A DNA stretch of 63,979 nucleotides, filler included, from an uncultured Methanosarcinales archaeon (GTDB lineage Archaea; Nanobdellota; Nanobdellia; Woesearchaeales; CAZKBD01), in NCBI GenBank assembly GCA_964550945.1. It is 6 parts of 6 records of this genome, joined end to end, with 100 filler letters (N's around TTAATTAATTAA, not from the genome) between each part and the next. Parts side by side here need not be neighbours in the genome. Positions count along the whole stretch, not along the records: positions 48,401 to 59,835 come from CAZKBD010000059.1; positions 59,936 to 63,979 come from CAZKBD010000125.1; 4 more parts are not named here. One strand, given 5' to 3'. Positions 57,153 to 63,979 of the stretch are shown piece by piece (the stretch's first letter is position 1; every line of letters begins with the position of its first letter). A program made the position numbers and the translations under genes. The notes under the pieces were generated by a model, which saw only the letters and a program-made list of their open reading frames with translations, was not told the origin of the DNA and made no database searches.

Positions 57153-59002
57153 AAAACCTTAAAAAGTAAAAATCCTATTTTATTAGTGACCAATTGAGCC
57201 TTATTTGAAGCCATTATCCCATTGATTAGCTCATCAGTTTTATTTACCCCTATGCCAGTCGCGCAATTTGAATCCACAATAAGATATTTGTAGTCTTGTT
57301 GTTTAATAAACTGGGATAACTCTCCAGATGAAAGGTTCACTGCTCTTTTAAGGATATTGGTTTCCTCTTCACACCAACTGCATATAAACTTATCAAAAGC
57401 AATTATATTGATATAACTATCAGGGCAAAACGAAAATACTTTTGTGTTAGGCTCCAAACTTTTTAACTCAACATAACCTTGCAACTCTTCAACTGAGCTC
57501 ATTAGCCCACCTAGAGGGGGCATCCACATCGCTGTGTTCACAGCATATTTTTGATAGCCTGATGTCAACAAGACACCTGATAAAATCAAGATTAGAGTGA
57601 TTAATTTACCTACCCCTAACTTTTTAAATAGGGCGGTTAAAAACCAAGCGCCTTCTACCGCAAGAAGAGACACAGGAATCGCAAACAGCATCCAAAACCT
57701 GAAAGCAAATAAGCCAATAGGAAGCTTAAAAGTCATGCTATTAACTCCTAAAAAAGCGAATAGCAGCCAGAATAGGGTTATTGGTATCCAATAGCTCTCT
57801 TTATCTAACAGTTTTTTATAATTAATAAAAATTAATACTAAAGAGGCAATTAACAAGACAGAAATTACTATGCCAATACCAATAGGATTGTTGATCATGT
57901 TCTGGGATTTTGCAACAAAAAAGTCATTAAAGCTGTAAGCTCTAGTTCCTGTGCCACCATCATAAGGGAATATGTTTTTTAGTTTTTGAAATAAACCAAT
58001 TGTTGCAAAATTGTTTCCACTGTGAATCTTCGCTTCTGAGCTAAACTGCCTTCCTAATTTGTTGTACCACCACAGGATTGAGAGCAAATAACCGCAGATA
58101 ATGGCAAAGAATTCCTTTGTTAGGAGTTTTTTATCTATAATTGATTTGACTGTAATATAAATTGATAGTAGGATGAATATTTTGATTGATTGCTCTGGCT
58201 GTATCAAAGGAAATGCTGAGATTGCGAGCAAGGAAGTGTAAATCCATTTTTTATCATTCTTGATCTGCTCCAAACAATACATTGCAACGAAGAATAAGGT
58301 TGGCACTAAAGCGTGAGACCAGATGAAATGGCTAAGGTAACAAGGGATTGCCGCTAATATGAAAGTAGCAAACAGGGCTTTGTTTTTGTCTTTTATGAAT
58401 CCCTTTGCAAAGAAGTAAAAAAAGATAATCCCCAGAGAGATGATTAGTGCATTAAAAAACTTCAAAGTCCACATTATTGAGGGAGAGGTCTGATGCAATA
58501 AACCCATGATTAGGGTGTAAGCAGGCGGATAAGGGTCTATATAAGGAAAGTCGTATGTTGGCGGATCCAGAATTGTTTTTTCAGTTGATACATATTTGAC
58601 TGTTAAAGCATGAATGTATGGATCATGGTCTTCAAAGTAAGGGTATTTGAAAGCTCCAGAAGCATATATGTAAAAAGTTAGAGCAAACATCAGCAAAACA
58701 ACCAATATGGCAATATCAGATTTCCTAATCTTCAGTTTAAATTCTGGCAATTTTATTTGCTTATAATTTTTAGCTAGACAGGCAATTGGATATATTAAAG
58801 CTAAAATCAAGAAAATCCTCCAATCTAATGGTATATGCAATAAGTTTAGAATGACCCCTACAAGAGGAATAACCGCTAATCCTATCCCTATCCTGATCAG
58901 ATTTCTTTCTAAGAAGTTATCAGAGTTTTTCGTAAAACTTGTGACTGTAAAGCCAAGCCCCCAACTATACAAAAAAAATAGTATTATTGTGATTATGCTC
59001 AT
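57149..59002 (-). CDS. Multi-pass membrane protein, GT-C-like
   Basis: EDHDPYIH and YPPAY loop motifs; about 13 TM. Confidence 0.7.
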   Translation of the reverse strand: MSIITIILFFLYSWGLGFTVTSFTKNSDNFLERNLIRIGIGLAVIPLVGVILNLLHIPLDWRIFLILALIYPIACLAKNYKQIKLPEFKLKIRKSDIAILVVLLMFALTFYIYASGAFKYPYFEDHDPYIHALTVKYVSTEKTILDPPTYDFPYIDPYPPAYTLIMGLLHQTSPSIMWTLKFFNALIISLGIIFFYFFAKGFIKDKNKALFATFILAAIPCYLSHFIWSHALVPTLFFVAMYCLEQIKNDKKWIYTSLLAISAFPLIQPEQSIKIFILLSIYITVKSIIDKKLLTKEFFAIICGYLLSILWWYNKLGRQFSSEAKIHSGNNFATIGLFQKLKNIFPYDGGTGTRAYSFNDFFVAKSQNMINNPIGIGIVISVLLIASLVLIFINYKKLLDKESYWIPITLFWLLFAFLGVNSMTFKLPIGLFAFRFWMLFAIPVSLLAVEGAWFLTALFKKLGVGKLITLILILSGVLLTSGYQKYAVNTAMWMPPLGGLMSSVEELQGYVELKSLEPNTKVFSFCPDSYINIIAFDKFICSWCEEETNILKRAVNLSSGELSQFIKQQDYKYLIVDSNCATGIGVNKTDELINGIMASNKAQLVTNKIGFLLFKVL

Positions 59003-59091
59003 AAGAATCAGTTATTTTGGAGTATATTTAAATGTTTTTACGTGACAAAACAAAACATATATAAACGAGGCTTGATTTTTACTACTCGCGA

Positions 59092-59835
59092 ATGCTTATG
59101 AAAATTGTAGTCACAATACCTGCTTATAACGAAGAGAGAACAATAGGCAAGGTCATCCGGGATATCAGGGCTGTGATGGACCTTTACAGATATAGCTACA
59201 ATGTTCTGGTCATCGATGATGGCAGCAGAGATAAGACTGCTATTGAAGCTAAGAATGCCGGAGCAATTGTTTATTCTCATCCAAGAAATTATGGATTGGC
59301 AGAAACTTTCAGGTCAGAGATTGAAAAATGCCTTGAGCTTAATGCTGATATAATTGTCCATACTGATGCAGATGGCCAGTATCTGGCAGAAGAAATACCT
59401 CAGCTTATTGAAGAAGTAAAAAAAGGAAATGACCTTGTACTTGGGTCAAGATTCAAAGGCAAAATTGAATCAATGCCTATGGTGAAGAGGTTTGGAAATC
59501 TGGCTTTCTCAAAAGTCATTTCTCAGGTAACAAGGACAAAAATATCTGATTCTCAGACTGGTTTTAGGGCGTTTACAAGAGAAGTTGCTAAAAATATAAG
59601 ATTAAGCTCTACACATACATACACCCAAGAACAGATAATAAGGGCTGTAAAACAGAAATTTAAAATTAAGGAAGTGCCTGTTTATTTTGCAAAGAGGCAT
59701 GGAAAAAGCAGGCTAATGAGAAATCCACTTGAATATGCTGTTAAAGCCTGGATCAATATCCTAAGGATTTACCGTGATTATGAGCCATTAAAGTTCTTTG
59801 GCTTGTTTGGGTTTATGTTCTTTGCTGTTGGATTC
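59092..59835 (+). CDS. GT2 glycosyltransferase (3' truncated)
   Basis: IPAYNEE, DDGSRD, DADGQ, GSRF, DSQTGFRA. Confidence 0.9.
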
Positions 59836-59935
59836 NNNNNNNNNNNNNNNNNNNNNNNNNNNNNNNNNNNNNNNNNNNNTTAATTAATTAANNNNNNNNN
59901 NNNNNNNNNNNNNNNNNNNNNNNNNNNNNNNNNNN
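59836..59935. other. Contig linker (assembly artefact)
   Basis: N run with TTAATTAATTAA. Confidence 0.99.
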
Positions 59936-60649
59936 AATAGAAATGTTATATTTAGCGCATGTGTTTTGATTAGCTTGCTAGTTTTGCTAGTTAGGGTATA
60001 TGCAACTCCAGTAGGCCCAACAACAACTTATGTCACTAACTCAACAAATGCAAATCCTGGAAATGCAACTTTAAACTATAGTGGGGGTTATATTGTTACA
60101 TATAACTTTGTTTCTAACGAGCAAAATACAAGATGGAAGGCTTTTGTTGGAAATGTTTCTGGAACTTTAAAATTAGCGGATGCTGATAGCTATAGCATAT
60201 TCGAGTGGAGCAGGGCTACAACTTCAGGAGAGGTATATGCTACAAGAACTCCCAACACAATCAGCTGGTCTAATATCAATTGTTCAACTGCTGTTAATAA
60301 GAGTACAGAGGAGATTGCAATAGGCCATACAGCTAACCCTAATGATAACCTCTCTGCCACATTTAATGATACAGATAATAAGGAGTTTTATGTTGGAACT
60401 GAGCATTTTCAGGCTAGCAATTGCTCTACTATCAATCTAAATGTAAACAACACAAGAGATGCGGTTGATGATTTTGAAGAGATATCGCTCCATGATGGGA
60501 CTTACATGATTTATGCAGCTATTGTTGAAAATGACAAGTTCGGCTATACTAACATCAATAGAACTTACGATTTCCAGATAATGGTGCCTGAGAATGCAAC
60601 AGCAGGCGCAACTCAGCTAGCTTATTACTTTTATGTTGAGTTGACATAA
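59936..60649 (+). CDS. Secreted beta-rich glycoprotein A, copy 1 (5' truncated)
   Basis: Frame open from the contig start; signal peptide; RWKAFVGNVSG, YYFYVELT. Confidence 0.8.
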   Translation, partial: NRNVIFSACVLISLLVLLVRVYATPVGPTTTYVTNSTNANPGNATLNYSGGYIVTYNFVSNEQNTRWKAFVGNVSGTLKLADADSYSIFEWSRATTSGEVYATRTPNTISWSNINCSTAVNKSTEEIAIGHTANPNDNLSATFNDTDNKEFYVGTEHFQASNCSTINLNVNNTRDAVDDFEEISLHDGTYMIYAAIVENDKFGYTNINRTYDFQIMVPENATAGATQLAYYFYVELT

Positions 60650-60664
60650 AGACGGGATATAAAG

Positions 60665-61645
60665 ATGGAATACAAAAATACAATATTAATAGCCGCAATA
60701 TTAACCGTGTTTTCAATTTTATTATTCACAGGAACAACTATAATCACTACTGAGGTTATTGGAGTTAACACTTCAACCACAACCACAAGAGTATGGGTAT
60801 GGAACACAGAACCAAATATTTACGAAATGATAGTCAGCCCTTTGTCAATTGACCTTACAGCAGGCAATGAAACAGTTGTAAACTGCACAGGCTATGTTTG
60901 GGATTATAATGGATGGCAGGATATAAATGTAACAAATGCCACATTCTATAATACACGAGTAAGCAGTAATTATGGCACTGATGATAAGAACTATCATTAT
61001 TCAAATAACAGTTGTGGAAACTGCAATCCAATAGCTGGCTCCAGCACTAATGTTACTTGCACTTGTCTTTTTACTGTTGATTATTATGCTTTTAATGGAA
61101 CTTGGATATGCAATATGAGCATAAGCGATAATGCTGGAAATGCTACTGAGCGCAGGATGATATTCAATTCCACAAGAAATGTTAGCGCAACAATTAACCC
61201 CCTATTAGCACTTGATGTTCCAGCTGAAATTGATTATGGCAATTTATCTGTTACTGAAACTTCAGTTCAAAAAAATGCAAATGTTACTAATTATGGGAAT
61301 ATACCCATAAATATTAGCGTAAGGGGCTGGGGCGGCGATAGTGAGAGCGAGTTTGTAGGAGCTAATTTGTCAATGATATGCGATTATGGGAATATTTCTA
61401 TGGCTTATGAGAAGTATAGCACATTAAGCGGTAGTGATTATAATGGCATGACAGATCTAAATAACGCAACTAAACAAATAAACTGGACAATGCCTATCCC
61501 TTTAAGAGAAAATGATAGTGTACTTGGAAATTCTACTAACACCACATATTGGAAATTACAGATTCCTCTTACTGTTGGAGGAAGCTGTAATGGGACAGTA
61601 GAGTTCAGCGCTGTTGATGCCAGCGATTTTAATTGGGCTGGTTAA
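60665..61645 (+). CDS. Secreted Cys/Asn-rich glycoprotein B, copy 1
   Basis: N-terminal hydrophobic segment, many NxS/T sequons, YWKLQIPLTVGGSCNGTVEFSA. Confidence 0.8.
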   Translation: MEYKNTILIAAILTVFSILLFTGTTIITTEVIGVNTSTTTTRVWVWNTEPNIYEMIVSPLSIDLTAGNETVVNCTGYVWDYNGWQDINVTNATFYNTRVSSNYGTDDKNYHYSNNSCGNCNPIAGSSTNVTCTCLFTVDYYAFNGTWICNMSISDNAGNATERRMIFNSTRNVSATINPLLALDVPAEIDYGNLSVTETSVQKNANVTNYGNIPINISVRGWGGDSESEFVGANLSMICDYGNISMAYEKYSTLSGSDYNGMTDLNNATKQINWTMPIPLRENDSVLGNSTNTTYWKLQIPLTVGGSCNGTVEFSAVDASDFNWAG

Positions 61646-61705
61646 ATGTTATTGAATTGAATGTTAAATCATTCAATTAATGTAAAAAGAAAATGTTAAG
61701 CGAGA

Positions 61706-62437
61706 GTGGTAAAGATGAAATGGAATTGCAAGATTGAGTTAGCATTGATTGTATTCTTGTTTTTAATAGGGGTTTGCTATTATGCATATGCAGCACCTGT
61801 TGGCGCAACTGCAACATATTCCAGCAATTCAACAAATGCAAATCCTGGAAATGCAACTTTAAACTATAGTGGGGGTTATATTGTTACATATAACTTTGTT
61901 TCTAACGAGCAAAATACAAGATGGAAGGCTTTTGTTGGAAATGTTTCTGGAACTTTAAAATTAGCGGATGCTGATAGCTATAGCATATTCGAGTGGAGCA
62001 GGGCTACAACTTCAGGAGAGGTATATGCTACAAGAACTCCCAACACAATCAGCTGGTCTAATATCAATTGTTCAACTGCTGTTAATAAGAGTACAGAGGA
62101 GATTGCAATAGGCCATACAGCTAACCCTAATGATAACCTCTCTGCCACATTTAATGATACAGATAATAAGGAGTTTTATGTTGGAACTGAGCATTTTCAG
62201 GCTAGCAATTGCTCTACTATCAATCTAAATGTAAACAACACAAGAGATGCGGTTGATGATTTTGAAGAGATATCGCTCCATGATGGGACTTACATGATTT
62301 ATGCAGCTATTGTTGAAAATGACAAGTTCGGCTATACTAACATCAATAGAACTTACGATTTCCAGATAATGGTGCCTGAGAATGCAACAGCAGGCGCAAC
62401 TCAGCTAGCTTATTACTTTTATGTTGAGTTGACATAA
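61706..62437 (+). CDS. Secreted beta-rich glycoprotein A, copy 2
   Basis: Identical to copy 1 after the N-terminal ~40 aa. Confidence 0.85.
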   Translation: MVKMKWNCKIELALIVFLFLIGVCYYAYAAPVGATATYSSNSTNANPGNATLNYSGGYIVTYNFVSNEQNTRWKAFVGNVSGTLKLADADSYSIFEWSRATTSGEVYATRTPNTISWSNINCSTAVNKSTEEIAIGHTANPNDNLSATFNDTDNKEFYVGTEHFQASNCSTINLNVNNTRDAVDDFEEISLHDGTYMIYAAIVENDKFGYTNINRTYDFQIMVPENATAGATQLAYYFYVELT

Positions 62438-62452
62438 AGACGGGATATAAAG

Positions 62453-63412
62453 ATGGAATACAAAAATACAATATTAATAGCCGCAATATTAACCGTGTTT
62501 TCAATTTTATTATTCACAGGAACAACTATAATCACTACTGAGGTTATTGGAGTTAACACTTCAACCACAACCACAAGAGTATGGGTATGGAACACAGAAC
62601 CAAATATTTACGAAATGATAGTCAGCCCTTTGTCAATTGACCTTACAGCAGGCAATGAAACAGTTGTAAACTGCACAGGCTATGTTTGGGATTATAATGG
62701 ATGGCAGGATATAAATGTAACAAATGCCACATTCTATAATACACGAGTAAGCAGTAATTATGGCACTGATGATAAGAACTATCATTATTCAAATAACAGT
62801 TGTGGAAACTGCAATCCAATAGCTGGCTCCAGCACTAATGTTACTTGCACTTGTCTTTTTACTGTTGATTATTATGCTTTTAATGGAACTTGGATATGCA
62901 ATATGAGCATAAGCGATAATGCTGGAAATGCTACTGAGCGCAGGATGATATTCAATTCCACAAGAAATTCTTCTGCTGCAACAATCAATTCAGTAGTTGG
63001 AATTGATGTTCCAAATTTGATAGACTATGGAAATTTGTCTGTTACTGAAACCTCAGAGAATAAAATTGCAAATATAACTAATTACGGAAACATACCTATA
63101 AACATTAGTGTAAGAGGATGGGGCGGCGATAATGTGAGCATTGATAATGTTGGCAATTTTTCAATGCTGTGCCAATATGGAAATATTTCAGTTGGATGGG
63201 AGAAATGGAGCATGGATGTTAATACAGGCTATAATGATATGGCCAACTTAACTGGCCCGTCTGCTCCGATGAATTTCACCCTGCCTGTTAGGGTGCCTGA
63301 TACTGAATTAGGCAATTCTACTAATGCCACATACTGGAAGATACAGATTCCTTTAACAGTTGGCGGAACTTGCAATGGCACAGTAGAGTTTAGTGCGTCT
63401 GCTGCTAATTAA
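62453..63412 (+). CDS. Secreted glycoprotein B, copy 2
   Basis: N-terminal ~172 aa identical to copy 1; C-terminal domain diverged. Confidence 0.85.
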   Translation: MEYKNTILIAAILTVFSILLFTGTTIITTEVIGVNTSTTTTRVWVWNTEPNIYEMIVSPLSIDLTAGNETVVNCTGYVWDYNGWQDINVTNATFYNTRVSSNYGTDDKNYHYSNNSCGNCNPIAGSSTNVTCTCLFTVDYYAFNGTWICNMSISDNAGNATERRMIFNSTRNSSAATINSVVGIDVPNLIDYGNLSVTETSENKIANITNYGNIPINISVRGWGGDNVSIDNVGNFSMLCQYGNISVGWEKWSMDVNTGYNDMANLTGPSAPMNFTLPVRVPDTELGNSTNATYWKIQIPLTVGGTCNGTVEFSASAAN

Positions 63413-63424
63413 TAATGTGAGATT

Positions 63425-63619
63425 ATGACAAGCCCTTTTGAAGAGTTTATTGGAAAAGAAATAAAAGCGCCTTATAAAGATGGCACCCAGTTCAAGATAG
63501 CCAGGGGGGTTCTTGAGAACATTAATAGCGGCTTTGTTAAAATAAAAGGCAGTCTTGGCACTATCATAATCAATGAAAAGAATATAGAGAAAATGTCTCT
63601 AATGAAAAGGAGAGGATAG
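63425..63619 (+). CDS. Small beta protein, possibly Sm/LSm-like fold
   Basis: FIGKEI..RGVLENI..FVKI..IIINEKNI. Confidence 0.55.
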   Translation: MTSPFEEFIGKEIKAPYKDGTQFKIARGVLENINSGFVKIKGSLGTIIINEKNIEKMSLMKRRG

Positions 63620-63668
63620 TCTTTTATTTTTTTAATTTTTTGATGATAAAGTTTTTTGATGTGAACAA

Positions 63669-63730
63669 TTACTTACATAACAAGTATAAGCCACAAAAAA
63701 AGAATTCAAGCTTACTTACATAACGAGTAT
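63669..63730 (+). promoter_or_regulatory. 19-bp direct repeat (putative operator pair)
   Basis: TTACTTACATAAC[A/G]AGTAT at 63669 and 63712. Confidence 0.55.
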
Positions 63731-63759
63731 CCCAGTATTGAGCGAAAGCGCAAGTGAGA

Positions 63760-63979
63760 ATGAAAAAAGAGTTTGTTACAATCAGAGAAGATATTTTTTC
63801 TAAGTTTAATACCAATATCACTAACCTAAATTATTTTTGTGATACGCCTGCAGAAGAAATTAAGGGAGTAAAGATATTTTTGCCGATTTCTATTTTTGGG
63901 GATAGCGGGCTTAGCGCTTTAGAGACAATTACAAAATACATGAAAGAAGATCTTGACCTTAGATATAGGGATATAGCTT
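63760..63979 (+). CDS. HTH-like protein, runs off the window
   Basis: MKKEF..LPISIFGDSGLSALETITKYMKEDLDLRYRDIA. Confidence 0.65.
   Translation, partial: MKKEFVTIREDIFSKFNTNITNLNYFCDTPAEEIKGVKIFLPISIFGDSGLSALETITKYMKEDLDLRYRDIA

Larger units (their letters stand above)
60041..62968 (+). repeat. 1140-bp direct repeat (60041-61180 and 61829-62968)
   Basis: Copies appear identical at a 1788-bp offset; flanks diverge abruptly. Confidence 0.92.

Noticed and set aside
59936..63412. Possible DGR template/variable repeat pair
   Set aside because: Differences are not adenine-specific, the core is identical, and there is no reverse transcriptase in the window. The same applies to the 54-bp duplication at 19450/19609.
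63669..63730. Possible mini CRISPR array
   Set aside because: Only two 19-bp units with a 24-bp spacer and no cas genes. No CRISPR array or tRNA was seen anywhere in the window.

Overview
This is AT-rich archaeal sequence, most likely a Woesearchaeota/Nanoarchaeota (DPANN) metagenome bin. That call is inferred from the 16S 5' end, archaeal uL11, RPA, Dph2 and TATA/BRE promoters. The window holds six contig pieces joined by 100-nt N/TTAATTAATTAA linkers (12302-12401, 24571-24670, 36666-36765, 48301-48400, 59836-59935), so adjacency across linkers means nothing. Contents: housekeeping genes (RHH-fused HisRS, uL11 with a long tail, RPA, FKBP, U32, frameshifted dph2), two TA pairs, metabolic fusions (ADHAP-synthase-like/GlpD; 2-oxoacid dehydrogenase E1 alpha-beta opposite an MtlD-like gene), a partial 16S rRNA, S-layer-like and giant Ig-repeat surface proteins, a glycosylation cluster and a tandem-duplicated pair of secreted genes. 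The best candidate for a new system is an ~8 kb array of at least nine class III signal peptide (type IV pilin-like) genes. One carries an Amidase_3 (peptidoglycan amidase-like) domain with all four catalytic residues; others carry FN3, TSP3-like and defensin-like Cys modules. Also notable are a family of modular, nested, covarying palindromic intergenic elements, a perfect operator-like palindrome on the RHH-HisRS start, and an intergenic H-type pseudoknot. All calls are by eye from motifs; no searches or folding programs were run.
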